The notes under the pieces: model-generated | Databases searched by the model: none | What the model was told of the DNA's origin: nothing | What the model saw: the letters and a program-made list of their open reading frames with translations, nothing else | Shown: in pieces, positions 46,544-56,219 of the stretch | How the letters are laid out: each line of letters starts with the position of its first letter | Position numbering within the stretch: position 1 is the stretch's first letter | Position numbers and translations under genes: made by a program | Source: a phage | NCBI GenBank assembly: GCA_012455605.1 | Contig: GCA_012455605.1_3618.1 | Length of the DNA: 64,000 nt | Direction: 5' to 3' (one strand)

Positions 46544-46592
46544 CCACTTTCAGTTATACTTTAAACATATACAAACAAAAGGAACCTTTAAA

Positions 46593-46862
46593 ATGTATAC
46601 ACTTAAAATTGTAGAGCGTGTAAATCCAACCCATACCGTAGATTTTCGTGACGATTTCAATCCTCTGGCTGTAAATCTTCGAGAGTCATATCATGAACTC
46701 AGCTGCGATGCAGTGGTGGTCTTTTTTGAAGACAACTCTGAAGGGGCGGTAGCTTGTGTTGTTGATAGTGAGCAGAAGTTTTATATTTACAGAGATGTAG
46801 ATGCATACTTGATGAATGAAAACGCAGTTACTGTTAGAATCATCCACCGAGTGCCTCGATAA
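46593..46862 (+). CDS. hypothetical protein (90 aa)
   Basis: ORF starting at ATG 46593 with RBS aaaagga; the track ORF start at 46503 overlaps tRNA-Pro. Confidence 0.45.
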   Translation: MYTLKIVERVNPTHTVDFRDDFNPLAVNLRESYHELSCDAVVVFFEDNSEGAVACVVDSEQKFYIYRDVDAYLMNENAVTVRIIHRVPR

Positions 46863-46914
46863 GTATTAGTCTCCTTTTAGTTAGTTTCGATCTATTTAGG
46901 TTACTCAATTTTAA

Positions 46915-46950
46915 CCCGCCCCGTTAGCTGTATAGCTGCGGGGTTTTTTC
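46915..46950 (+). terminator. rho-independent terminator
   Basis: CCCCG...CGGGG hairpin followed by TTTTTT. Confidence 0.55.
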
Positions 46951-46967
46951 GTTTCTGGAGCCTTAAA

Positions 46968-47366
46968 ATGATTTCAGGTTTAACATGGCTGAGTAGATAT
47001 AGAGGGATCATAAAATGTTTAGTTTTTGCAGCTGCTATAGGTACAGCTTATCTTGGGGCCGTGTATTGGTTTAACTCTAAGCTTAATGAAGCCTACCAAG
47101 AAGGTGTGTTAGCAACAGAGTTGAAGTGGGAACGGATCCTTGATCAGCAACAAAAGCAGGCCGACAAAGTTAAAATGGGCCACGCAGAGGAGGTTAAAAA
47201 CCTTGAAAAATCCCTTTCTGACCTACAGGATAAATTAAATATGGCTGAGAAGGCAGGTAAAGAAAAGCAGATTATTTACCTCCAATCCACTGAGGGTAAG
47301 AAGTCAACACTCCCTGATCAGCTTATAGATATTTATAATGAGAGTATCAATCAGGAGGGTCGATGA
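46968..47366 (+). CDS. i-spanin-like (Rz-type) membrane protein
   Basis: N-terminal TM anchor then charged coiled-coil periplasmic domain; stop overlaps the next start (ATGA). Confidence 0.5.
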   Translation: MISGLTWLSRYRGIIKCLVFAAAIGTAYLGAVYWFNSKLNEAYQEGVLATELKWERILDQQQKQADKVKMGHAEEVKNLEKSLSDLQDKLNMAEKAGKEKQIIYLQSTEGKKSTLPDQLIDIYNESINQEGR

Positions 47367-47650
47367 GAGTTGCTACACTGTTTATTGTGTGCTTGTTATT
47401 ATGTGGGTGTGCAACCAGTGTTGAGAAAGAATACAAGATTGACCCTCCAGATGTAGGAAGGTTGATTGTTAAACCCCCAGAAGGTGCCATGAAACCACCT
47501 GCTAAAGCTATGCCTTTGAAGAAAGGTGCGCCAGATGCAGTAAATTCTGGCATTATGAGGGATAATAATCTGTCTTGTAGCAATGATAGAGCTAAATTGA
47601 TCATTTTGCAAGACTATATTAGAACACTTTTTCCAAAGGAGAGAGGTTAA
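47363..47650 (+). CDS. o-spanin-like (Rz1-type) outer membrane lipoprotein
   Basis: signal peptide with LLLCGCA lipobox-like motif; Pro-rich mature part. Confidence 0.5.
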   Translation: MRVATLFIVCLLLCGCATSVEKEYKIDPPDVGRLIVKPPEGAMKPPAKAMPLKKGAPDAVNSGIMRDNNLSCSNDRAKLIILQDYIRTLFPKERG

Positions 47651-48075
47651 TGTCTAAGATTTACGGACCGTGTTCTGAAAAGCAGAAGATGATCCTCGAA
47701 AACGATGCAGATATTTTGGTAATCGGCGGTGCCGCAGGGTCTGGCAAGTCGTTCCTCTTGCAGTTGATGCCACTTAAAATTATTGATGACCCCCACAGCT
47801 CTGTGGTTATGTTCCGAAGAACAACCCCACAGTTGGAAGGTGAGGGTGGACTATGGCCTAAAGCAGTAGCTATTTATAGTGATCTGCCTGAAAACATTAA
47901 GCCAAAGTTCAGAGAGAAGGATCATAAGTTCATTTTTCCACGGTTTGATCCGAACACTGGCAAGTGGGATAGAAGCAAAAAGGGAGCTGTTGTAAAATAC
48001 TGCCACATGGAGTATGTACAAGATAAGCTTAACCATCAGGGGCTTGAGTACACCATGGTTTGCTTCGATGAGGGT
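47650..48075 (+). CDS. terL: terminase large subunit, exon 1 (ATPase N-terminus: Walker A to Walker B)
   Basis: Walker A GGAAGSGKS; ends with YTMVCFDEG (Walker B-like) just before the stop; downstream ORF supplies the rest of the protein. Confidence 0.7.
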
Positions 48076-48394
48076 TAATTTGTAGCTCTCGTAAAACCTC
48101 CCTAATTGCGGGGAAATCTTTATTATTGACACCACCAGCCTGTTATGGTAACATAATAGAGGCTTCGAAGAGAGATCGAAGGTATGGTAACAGTGTGTTA
48201 ATTTAGATAATCCGCAGCGAAGCATCCGAGAGGATGAACGTTCAACGACTAGTCGAAAGACGTAGAATCAAGCGATTCGAAACGGGAGGGTAAGCGGTTG
48301 TTGTCGCTTATAAGATATAGTCTGGTCTGCATGGAGACATGCAGCTGCCTGAAAATGGCGGGGCAAGACTAGCGACCTTGCCCGAACATGAACG
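48076..48394 (+). mobile_element. group I self-splicing intron (IA2-like, no ORF) in the terminase large subunit gene
   Basis: core elements present in canonical order: P AATTGCGGGGAAA (48104-48116), Q AATCCGCAGC (48209-48218), R GTTCAACGACTAGTCGAAAG (48240-48259), S AAGATATAGTC (48312-48322); P1 pairing of exon GAGGGU (48070-48075) with intron GCUCUC (48085-48090) including U-G at the splice site; 3-prime boundary inferred from frame (alternatives to about 48430). Confidence 0.8.
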
Positions 48395-49516
48395 ACACAA
48401 TTCGAATGGGAGCAGATAGACTATCTGATGTCTCGTCTGCGATCTCAGTCAAAGTATCCATCAAGAATGGTTATCAGCTGTAACCCCGATTCAGAACACA
48501 TGCTTGCCAAACTGGTTAGATGGTGGTTGGACGATGAAGGGTATCCAGATCCGGAGAAATGCGGTAAGAAAAGATATTTTATCCGACGCGACGGTGAATT
48601 TATCTGGGGAGACTCTAAAGAAGAGTTGATAGAGAAATACACCACGGTTAACGGACTGGGTGTGGAGATCAAGCCAAGACCGTTGTCATTCTCGTTTATA
48701 GGCGCAACAATATTCGATAATCCTGTCTGCTTAAGAGACAACCCAGAATACCTTGCTTTCCTTGAAGGTCTGCCGGAACTGGAAAAAGCTCAGCTTCTTC
48801 ATGGTAACTGGTTTGCAAAGCCTGAGGGTGCAAACTATTTTCAAAGATCTTTCCTTCGTGATGCCGATAGAGTACCCATTGGATCAGTATCTTGCAGGGC
48901 ATGGGATAAGGCAGGAACCGAGAGAACTTCCGGTAATAAATTTCCTGACTTTACCGCCAGTATTAAGGTAAGTAAAGATAGCGACGGCTTTTATTACCTG
49001 TCCGGTGATTATTGTCCTGAGAACGTGGATGACGGGAGGTATTCCACAGGTCTGGAAGGCAAGTTCTGTAAAAAGGCTGGTGAACGAGATGTGATCATCA
49101 GGAAACAGGCGCAGTTTGATGGTGATGATTGCATAATCGTATTCTCTGTGGACCCTGGTCAGGCAGGTAAGAGTGAGTTCTTAACCTCATCCAGATCCTT
49201 GCTCGCCGAAGGGTTCAGGGTTGAAGAAGACCCAATGCCTTCCAACAAATCTAAACTGACAAGGTTCTCACCTTTTGCCAATCTTGCACAACAAGGAATG
49301 GTGAGGATTGTAAAATCCAGTTTCCATCCTGATACTCTGGAAGCATTTCTGACTGAACTTGAAAAATTCAACGGAGAAAGATCAACATTTAACAGAAAAG
49401 ACGACTGGGCAGACTGTGTAGCTTCTGCGATTAATTTCCTGGAGAAAGAGGAGGTAGCACTTCCTTGTGTGATTCCATCAATCTCATCACCTTCTATGTT
49501 CAAGCGTTTTATCTAA
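48395..49516 (+). CDS. terL: terminase large subunit, exon 2 (coupling motif and nuclease domain)
   Basis: frame open from 48392; contains RMVISCNPD (like T4 gp17 IIITTTPNG); exon start inferred. Confidence 0.65.
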   Translation, partial: TQFEWEQIDYLMSRLRSQSKYPSRMVISCNPDSEHMLAKLVRWWLDDEGYPDPEKCGKKRYFIRRDGEFIWGDSKEELIEKYTTVNGLGVEIKPRPLSFSFIGATIFDNPVCLRDNPEYLAFLEGLPELEKAQLLHGNWFAKPEGANYFQRSFLRDADRVPIGSVSCRAWDKAGTERTSGNKFPDFTASIKVSKDSDGFYYLSGDYCPENVDDGRYSTGLEGKFCKKAGERDVIIRKQAQFDGDDCIIVFSVDPGQAGKSEFLTSSRSLLAEGFRVEEDPMPSNKSKLTRFSPFANLAQQGMVRIVKSSFHPDTLEAFLTELEKFNGERSTFNRKDDWADCVASAINFLEKEEVALPCVIPSISSPSMFKRFI

Positions 49517-49519
49517 GTG

Positions 49520-49548
49520 TTGCCAATCTTAATTAGATGTGGTAGAAT
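49520..49548 (+). promoter_or_regulatory. sigma70-like promoter (TTGCCA-17-TAGAAT)
   Basis: between terminase and portal. Confidence 0.4.
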
Positions 49549-49565
49549 AGAGTAATCGGAGATAC

Positions 49566-49594
49566 TAGCCCTCTAACACGAGGGCTATTTTGTT
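49566..49594 (+). terminator. hairpin plus T-run, terminator/attenuator-like
   Basis: TAGCCCTC-taacac-GAGGGCTA followed by TTTTGTT. Confidence 0.45.
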
Positions 49595-49618
49595 ATACTG
49601 TTTTGAGGGGTAAAGCTT

Positions 49619-51175
49619 GTGTCCAAAAAGAACCGCAGGAAACACAACGCCACAGCCAAAACTGTGAATAAATCTGGGAACGCAGGCGCACCAACTCATA
49701 ATGTTCGTATGAGTGAGATCGGTTCTGGCGCACTTTCCCAAATTATGGCAGAATCGCAATCTATGATGGTTGAGGAATTGCGTTGGCCTCAGCTGATTGC
49801 TACAGTGGAGACTATGAAATGTGATTCCACAGTTGCTACTGCCTTAGATACAAAATATGTTTTCATCACGAAAGCATTCAATGATTTTAAGATCCTTTAT
49901 AATGTTAAAAGTGAAGACTCTAAGAAAGCTGCAGAGCTTATAGAGTATTCTTTGCGTAATTTGGCAAACCAACAAACTCTTCGAGATATTGCAAGAAGCG
50001 CAGCTACCTTTAACGAGTATGGTTTTTCACTGTTTGAGAAAGTATACCGCAGAGAGAAAGAAGGTAAATATGCCGGGATGCTTCTTATTGATAAAATTGC
50101 ATTCCGACCTCAGGCCAGCCTGTCCAGATCAGAGCCGTTTGTTTTTGACAAGAATAGTAGAACACTGACAGGTATTTATCAGTCACCTAATGCATTTCTA
50201 AACACTCAGAATGCACGCTGGGCTGGACCTCTTGCTGCAATGCCTTCAAAAGGCTTTAATGAGCCTGAAATTTTCATCCCTGCTAAAAAGCTTATGCTCA
50301 TGACCCTGTCAGGAACAGAATCTAACCCTGCAGGTGTGTCGCCGATGATAGGTTGCTACAGATCTTTCCGTGAGAAAGTTCTGATTGAAAACCTTGAGGT
50401 TGTTGGCTGTTCCAAAGACCTTGGTGGTGTGCTTGAGCTGAAAATTCCTTCCAATATTTTGAACAAGGCCAGCATTGACCCGAATTCAATGGAAGGGAGA
50501 ATGGTTGCAGATCTTATGCTTGACGCAGCAAACGCCCATAGTGGTGAGCAAAGTTTCTTTATACTTCCGTCTGATAGAGATAAGTCTGGTAAAGAGCTTT
50601 ACTCCATGACCCTGAAGGGGGTTGACGGTATGGGTAAGCAGTATTCCACTAAAGATTTGATTGATGCCCGTAAGAAGGCGATTCTTGACCGTTTCGGTGC
50701 TGGATTTATTAACCTCGGTAACGATAACGTTGGATCCTTCTCTCTGTCTGAATCAAAACAGTCTATCCATGGTCATTTTGTTCAGCGTGATATAGATATT
50801 ATCACTGAAGCCTTCAATAAGGATCTTATTCCACAGCTTTTGGCATTGAATGGTATCATCCTTGAAGATGATGATATGCCTAAACTGAAACCTGGTCTGA
50901 TTGAAGAGGTGGACATGGAGAGCTTCTCCAAATTTGTCCAGAGGATCGGTGCTGTAGGTTACTTGCCAAAAACTCCTGCAGTAATTAATAAGATTCTTGA
51001 AGTAGGCGGGTTTGATGAAAGATTTGACGAGGACATGGACCAGGAAGAGCTGATGAAGCTCTTGGGCCAGGACATCAGTAGGGCTGGTGATGGAATGGCT
51101 GCAGGATCCACTGGTAACGGCACTTCTAAGATGTCATCAACCAGAGATAATTCCATATCCAACATGGAAAATTAA
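49619..51175 (+). CDS. portal protein (putative, GTG start)
   Basis: 518 aa ORF immediately downstream of terminase; size and position typical for portal. Confidence 0.5.
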   Translation: MSKKNRRKHNATAKTVNKSGNAGAPTHNVRMSEIGSGALSQIMAESQSMMVEELRWPQLIATVETMKCDSTVATALDTKYVFITKAFNDFKILYNVKSEDSKKAAELIEYSLRNLANQQTLRDIARSAATFNEYGFSLFEKVYRREKEGKYAGMLLIDKIAFRPQASLSRSEPFVFDKNSRTLTGIYQSPNAFLNTQNARWAGPLAAMPSKGFNEPEIFIPAKKLMLMTLSGTESNPAGVSPMIGCYRSFREKVLIENLEVVGCSKDLGGVLELKIPSNILNKASIDPNSMEGRMVADLMLDAANAHSGEQSFFILPSDRDKSGKELYSMTLKGVDGMGKQYSTKDLIDARKKAILDRFGAGFINLGNDNVGSFSLSESKQSIHGHFVQRDIDIITEAFNKDLIPQLLALNGIILEDDDMPKLKPGLIEEVDMESFSKFVQRIGAVGYLPKTPAVINKILEVGGFDERFDEDMDQEELMKLLGQDISRAGDGMAAGSTGNGTSKMSSTRDNSISNMEN

Positions 51176-51243
51176 AAAATTATCAACACAGGGGGTTGCA
51201 AAACCTCCTTTGGCGTGATAAAATAATCCACATGGGGAATAAG

Positions 51244-51663
51244 ATGCCACAGGAAGAAATGATTTCCTACGAAATCATCTACGAGCCTGACACTAAAGAT
51301 GCTCACGGTGAGTGGATGAGTAAAGACACCATCAAAAAGGCTAAAGATAACTGGGACGCAGCATACGCCGCAGGCCTAGTTTCTGAAAACCTTTTTCACT
51401 TGACCTCTACAGATGCTTTCACTATTGAAAAGACGTGGATTCAAGAAGAGTTTGATGTTGTAGTAATTGGCACTGAGCAGGTCATCAAGGCTGGCTCTTG
51501 GGTTGCTAAAGTTAAATACAATAATCCTGAACTATGGGAAGCTAAGAAGGCTGGCATTGTTGGTGGCCTAAGCATTCAGGCAACAGGTAATGTTGATGAA
51601 GAAACTGGTGAAATTACCAACGTAAACTTCGGGATCAGTGTTGTAGAAGAGGGCAATGAATAA
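51244..51663 (+). CDS. hypothetical head morphogenesis protein
   Basis: ORF between portal and scaffold; start at ATG with RBS gggga. Confidence 0.35.
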   Translation: MPQEEMISYEIIYEPDTKDAHGEWMSKDTIKKAKDNWDAAYAAGLVSENLFHLTSTDAFTIEKTWIQEEFDVVVIGTEQVIKAGSWVAKVKYNNPELWEAKKAGIVGGLSIQATGNVDEETGEITNVNFGISVVEEGNE

Positions 51664-52640
51664 TGTCTGAAAAAACGATTACTATTAAAGAGAAGGGGAT
51701 TGCCCTGTGCCATAAGGCGCAAGGCTATAGCGCTAACAACAGACCTGTATCTCTTTTGATGAAGAGTGATCTTAAGCCTGAGCAGTTAACAGACGACATT
51801 GTTAAGGCACTTCGCCAAGTTACTGTGGAGCTTAGTTTTGAAGAATACCTGCGTCGTTTCTTCGATATGTGGTATGATGATGCTAAAGCACTTGCACACA
51901 TGCTTGGTTTTGAGATTGAAGAGGAGGCTTGGGCTAAAGAGCATCCTGATTGGGAATGGGCGCAAGCTGACGCAGAGTCTTGTATTGCATGGCTGGAAGA
52001 GCGTTGTGATAACGTGACCATTCATAAAGCTGCAAAAGAAGGCAAGCAGCTTAGTGTGGTAGATCAGTACAGTCTGTTAAAAACACAACAGATTTTTGAA
52101 CAAGTAACCGCTGATCTCTTCGATAAAGAAGGGAACCTGATCAAGGCGGTACAGGAACCTGCTGAGGTGGATAAAACTACCGAGGTGGATGATGTTGCAA
52201 AATCCGCAAATACCGAGGAGAATCCGGTGGACGTAACCAAAACTAAAGAGTATCTGGATCTGCTGAAGCAAGTAGAAGAGCTGAAAGCAACCCAGAGTAA
52301 AGCTGAAGAAATCATCAAGGCCCAGGTTGAAGTTGAAAAAGCTAAAATGCTGACTAAGGCTCAAGCTTTAAGCTTTGTTGGTGAAGAAGATCATGCAACC
52401 CTGGTTGACTTCATGCTGGAAAAAGCTAACGAACCTATCGTAGCTATGCTGGAGAAAGCTCAAGCAAAAATTGAAGAGCTGGAAGCAGAGGTGCATAAAA
52501 CCAAAGAAGAGTTTGCCACCACTGAACATGGTAATGATGGCGAACCTGTTGTGGATGATATTGCAAAATCCGCAGAAGAAATTCTTGCTGAAAACGTTGC
52601 AAAAGCACTTGCTCGTGCACGTGCAGAATCTAACAAATAA
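51663..52640 (+). CDS. scaffolding protein (putative)
   Basis: 325 aa, acidic, coiled-coil-like (KEYLDLLKQVEELKATQSKAEEIIKAQVEVEKAK); position before capsid gene. Confidence 0.45.
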   Translation: MSEKTITIKEKGIALCHKAQGYSANNRPVSLLMKSDLKPEQLTDDIVKALRQVTVELSFEEYLRRFFDMWYDDAKALAHMLGFEIEEEAWAKEHPDWEWAQADAESCIAWLEERCDNVTIHKAAKEGKQLSVVDQYSLLKTQQIFEQVTADLFDKEGNLIKAVQEPAEVDKTTEVDDVAKSANTEENPVDVTKTKEYLDLLKQVEELKATQSKAEEIIKAQVEVEKAKMLTKAQALSFVGEEDHATLVDFMLEKANEPIVAMLEKAQAKIEELEAEVHKTKEEFATTEHGNDGEPVVDDIAKSAEEILAENVAKALARARAESNK

Positions 52641-52660
52641 GACATTAACGGGGGAAATAA

Positions 52661-53050
52661 ATGATTACCGCTCAATATTCTGATATCGTGCTCGGCAAAG
52701 TTGATTCTAGCGATGCTGGCTACAATTTTAAAGAGATGGAAATTACACTGACAGAGCACCATCATGCTGGCACGGTTGTGACCAAAGATGGTAGCATTGC
52801 CAATCAGGACGGTTCAGACGCCTATGGCGTTCTGGTGGATCGTGCTTTAATTCCGGACGCTGCTGGTAAAGTACATATCGCTGAACCTCTTGGCACAAAG
52901 AAATATAAACTGGTTGTTGCTGTGCGTGGTGTTACTTTTGCCAAGGATAAATTGCTGGCAACTGGTGGTGCTAAAGCAGAACAGGCTGTGTTAGACAAGC
53001 TTGAGGCTCTGGGTAACAAGGTTCAGGTCCAGACTCTTGGTGAAGAGTAA
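52661..53050 (+). CDS. hypothetical head protein (129 aa)
   Basis: ORF with RBS; strong codon bias like neighbours. Confidence 0.4.
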   Translation: MITAQYSDIVLGKVDSSDAGYNFKEMEITLTEHHHAGTVVTKDGSIANQDGSDAYGVLVDRALIPDAAGKVHIAEPLGTKKYKLVVAVRGVTFAKDKLLATGGAKAEQAVLDKLEALGNKVQVQTLGEE

Positions 53051-53098
53051 GCCCTAAATTGTTCGGGAAAATATTTAAGTTTTACTTTGGAGAAATAA

Positions 53099-54106
53099 AT
53101 GATTACTCGTAAAGATGAATTTGGCATTGTTGATTTAGGTGCTACTCTGGACCTTGTTCCGCGTCAATTCCGCCTGATTACTGGTATGGATCTGTTCGAA
53201 ACCCGTCTCGGCACCTCAACAATTGCTCAGATTGAGCGTGTTGATGAAGTTGTAACCGACATTCCGGCACGCCGTCGTGGTGGTGAGCGTAACTACGTTG
53301 GTAGTGAACGTGCTCAGGTTAAAAACCTGAACATCCCGTTCTTCCCTCTGGACAAAGGCATCACCGCAGCAGATGTTCAGAACTTCCGTCGTTACTTCAC
53401 CCCTGATGCTCCGAAAACTGTTCAGGATGTAGTAACCCGCGTTGTTCGCCGTATCCGTGTTTCTCATGAAGCACTGCGTGAGAAAGCGCTGTTCCAGGCT
53501 ATTCTTGGTAAATCCTATGCACCTGGCGACACAACCTGTCAGTATGACTACTACACTCTGTGGGGTGTGTCTCAGAAATCTGTTGAGATCGATCCTGCAA
53601 AAGCAGATCAGGACCCGATGGAAGTTCTGGAAGACGCTCGTCTGCATATCGCCCTGCAAGCTGGTGACAACGCTGCTGGCTACCGTATCGTGGCTCTGTG
53701 CTCTCCTGAGTTCTTCAGTGCAATCACTCACCACCCGCTGGTAGAACTGGCATACACCTATTACGGCTCTGCTCAGGAACCTCTGCGTCGTCGTCTGGGT
53801 GCTGGCGGTCAGGACAGCGTTTATCGTGTGTTCGAACATAAAGGTATCACCTTTATCGAAGATATCTCTGGCAATATTCCTAAGAAAGAAGCTCGCATTC
53901 TGCCGATGGGTATTGATCAGATGTTCCAGCTGCACTTTGCTCCGGCAGATGATGTTAACGAAGCAAATACCCCAGCACAGGAACTGTATATGTGGTATAA
54001 ACACTCTGCATACCTGCGTGAAGAGAAGATTGAATCTGAAACTTCTATGCTGGCAGTTAACACCCGCCCAGAGCTGGTTGTTAAAGCAACTCTGAAAGGT
54101 GACTAA
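53099..54106 (+). CDS. major capsid protein (putative)
   Basis: 335 aa ORF after scaffold with marked high-expression codon usage (cgt, ctg, ggt) and a strong terminator downstream. Confidence 0.5.
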   Translation: MITRKDEFGIVDLGATLDLVPRQFRLITGMDLFETRLGTSTIAQIERVDEVVTDIPARRRGGERNYVGSERAQVKNLNIPFFPLDKGITAADVQNFRRYFTPDAPKTVQDVVTRVVRRIRVSHEALREKALFQAILGKSYAPGDTTCQYDYYTLWGVSQKSVEIDPAKADQDPMEVLEDARLHIALQAGDNAAGYRIVALCSPEFFSAITHHPLVELAYTYYGSAQEPLRRRLGAGGQDSVYRVFEHKGITFIEDISGNIPKKEARILPMGIDQMFQLHFAPADDVNEANTPAQELYMWYKHSAYLREEKIESETSMLAVNTRPELVVKATLKGD

Positions 54107-54130
54107 TCACTAAGGTGATTCATCCCATAT

Positions 54131-54160
54131 GGGGAGGGGGTTCTCCCCCTCCCCTTTTTA
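54131..54160 (+). terminator. rho-independent terminator
   Basis: GGGGAGGGGG-ttct-CCCCCTCCCC followed by TTTTT. Confidence 0.65.
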
Positions 54161-54187
54161 TTTATTAGGGTTTAACAGGAGTGTCCC

Positions 54188-55012
54188 GTGAAGAGAGCCG
54201 TATATCCAGTTGAGTATGATCCTCTATTAAGAGTTTTCAACAATCAGTTAAGTTTTTATCAATTTTTAGCACAATATAACCCAGAAATCAATGTTGGTTT
54301 ATCAGCCCTGCTGCCACCAACAGAATTCGTTATTGGCAGTGTTCACTATCCGTGCAGAACGATTGTAGACTTCTTCGAGAAGATTGCAAAACATACAGGC
54401 CTGCCAATTGATACTGGTATTTCAACTATCCGTATGGGTGTTATTCTTCTGTTCTTCACAGAGAACCTTGATGAAAGCACTTTAACACTTCGAAGTGGTG
54501 ATGTCAACATTACACTTACCCCTTCAGTGTTTAAAGAGGTAGATGCTGCTTTCAAGGTTTCCGTGGCAGAGGGCTATCTATGGGACCCTGCAGGAATGCC
54601 TAAAAAAGTGACCATAAACGATGAGCAATGCAACATTGTTTATGAAGAAGATACCCAAACTTTCACCATTGAGTGGCCTAAGAAACGTTCTCAGGTTATA
54701 AATCTGGGTTTGACTTCTACAGTAGCACCTGAACCAGAACCTGAGCCTGAACCAGAGCCTGAGCCGCCTGGAGAGGGTGACGGTGAAGGTCCTGTAGCAG
54801 ATCCACAAGATGTGGCTGTAGCCTCTTTCGCATCTGCAGCTGTTGAGAATAAGGATGAAATCCTTAAACAGGCCGCAGCTCTTAACAACGAAGATGACAA
54901 AAGTGGTTCAAAAGATGCACTCCAAACCTTCGCTAAAGAGCACGGTGTTACCTTAAGTAAGGCAAAAACTTTCCAAAATATGATGAAAGATTTTGAGGCT
55001 GCACTGGCATAA
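54188..55012 (+). CDS. hypothetical structural protein with (PE)n linker (GTG start)
   Basis: 274 aa; APEPEPEPEPEPEPPGEGDGEG linker encoded at about 54728-54769. Confidence 0.4.
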   Translation: MKRAVYPVEYDPLLRVFNNQLSFYQFLAQYNPEINVGLSALLPPTEFVIGSVHYPCRTIVDFFEKIAKHTGLPIDTGISTIRMGVILLFFTENLDESTLTLRSGDVNITLTPSVFKEVDAAFKVSVAEGYLWDPAGMPKKVTINDEQCNIVYEEDTQTFTIEWPKKRSQVINLGLTSTVAPEPEPEPEPEPEPPGEGDGEGPVADPQDVAVASFASAAVENKDEILKQAAALNNEDDKSGSKDALQTFAKEHGVTLSKAKTFQNMMKDFEAALA

Positions 55013-55022
55013 TTTTGTTAAG

Positions 55023-55055
55023 GCCCCTTCCAAATCAGGAATGGGGCTTTATTTT
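55023..55055 (+). terminator. terminator-like hairpin
   Basis: GCCCC...GGGGC followed by TTTATTTTT. Confidence 0.45.
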
Positions 55056-55071
55056 TACGAGGTATTTTCAA

Positions 55072-55692
55072 ATGGCATGGTATGAAGATGAAGATATTAT
55101 CCCGTCCCCGCCTAACCATGATGGTGTAGTCGATACCCCAGAAGAGCCACCAAAAGAAGATCCTGTACCTCCGGAACCTGATCCAGACCAACCTCTTATT
55201 GATATTATGAGGTTATTGCTTGGCAATGTTGATGAGGAAACACTCCCTGATGAGGTAATTAAAACATTCCTTGACATGGAGAAGCTGAAACTAAATTATC
55301 CGGCAGACCCTGATAAGCTACCACTGCTTAAGTACAATGTGCTTGTGCAGCTTGTGCGATGGCTGATGATGCAGGAAGTTTCCAGCGGTAATGCAAGTAT
55401 AACTTCCCGTCTGGAAAAAATAGGTGATGAGACGATAGAGATTCGTGGTGGATCTTCCTACGCCCAATGGAAAGATTTCCTTGATTGGCTGCTGGCACAC
55501 CCAGACTATGTAGATTCTGAGCTAGATGCTTACAGCAGAATGATTATCATTGGTGGTGTTCGTGTAGATGAAGGAATTCGGGTTAAATTTAATGAAAACA
55601 GCAACGGGCCGTTCGATGTCCAGGGTATTACACCTATCAGTGGTCTAAATAACCAACCTCCTCGCCACCCAAGACGCAAACGCAGTTTTTAA
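55072..55692 (+). CDS. hypothetical structural protein (206 aa)
   Basis: start at ATG 55072 (MAWYEDED) after the terminator, RBS gagg. Confidence 0.4.
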   Translation: MAWYEDEDIIPSPPNHDGVVDTPEEPPKEDPVPPEPDPDQPLIDIMRLLLGNVDEETLPDEVIKTFLDMEKLKLNYPADPDKLPLLKYNVLVQLVRWLMMQEVSSGNASITSRLEKIGDETIEIRGGSSYAQWKDFLDWLLAHPDYVDSELDAYSRMIIIGGVRVDEGIRVKFNENSNGPFDVQGITPISGLNNQPPRHPRRKRSF

Positions 55693-55745
55693 AAATTGTT
55701 GCTTTTGATGTATCTTTGTGGTAAAATACATTAGTGAGGGATATA

Positions 55746-56204
55746 ATGCTAAAGGTTAAATGTCAAACAAGGTTCAACCTAAAGCGTTTAGATAGCTTCT
55801 ACAAAGAACTTGTGAGACTTGAAAGTAAAACAATAACCTACGGCTTTTATGACGAACCTCACCCGTCAGGCTTAAATATGGCAACATTGGCAGCCATTCA
55901 CAACTTCGGTTGGAACGGGCTGCCTGTTCGCAATTTCATGGAGACAGCCTTTGCATTTCACAGCACTCAACTACAGACCTTGACAGAAAAATTGTTGAGA
56001 GCTATGGCTAGAGGATCAAGTGCAGAGGCTATTCTTAAGCAGATGGGGGACACAGGGGCCAAAGCTATCCAGTTTGTTATTGAGGCTGGTCAGTTTAGTA
56101 ATCCTACTGTTAGTGAGCAGTGGGCACAAGAAAAGGGCTTCAACGAGGCTATGCGGCATTACGATGTGCTGCTTGAATCTGCAACCTTTAAAATCGGACA
56201 GTAA
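55746..56204 (+). CDS. hypothetical head-tail connector/completion protein
   Basis: ORF; RBS gaggga. Confidence 0.4.
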   Translation: MLKVKCQTRFNLKRLDSFYKELVRLESKTITYGFYDEPHPSGLNMATLAAIHNFGWNGLPVRNFMETAFAFHSTQLQTLTEKLLRAMARGSSAEAILKQMGDTGAKAIQFVIEAGQFSNPTVSEQWAQEKGFNEAMRHYDVLLESATFKIGQ

Positions 56205-56219
56205 AAATAAGGGGGTTGA

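Noticed and set aside
46503-46592. N-terminal extension of ORF 46503-46862 as given in the track
   Set aside because: The extension overlaps tRNA-Pro and lacks an RBS; the ATG at 46593 with an RBS is the plausible start.
48428-49516. Terminase nuclease half as an independent gene starting at ATG 48428
   Set aside because: The frame is open upstream of this ATG, there is no RBS, the product would lack an ATPase domain, and the intervening sequence has the full group I intron core; a spliced single terminase is more parsimonious.
53216-54004. 262 aa minus-strand ORF antisense to the putative major capsid gene
   Set aside because: Lies entirely inside a plus-strand gene with strong codon bias and proper RBS; low-complexity, Cys-rich translation; typical antisense artefact. 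The same reasoning applies to other antisense ORFs in the late module (51725-52021, 52077-52364, 54691-54900, 57692-58102, 58764-59135, 62789-63481).
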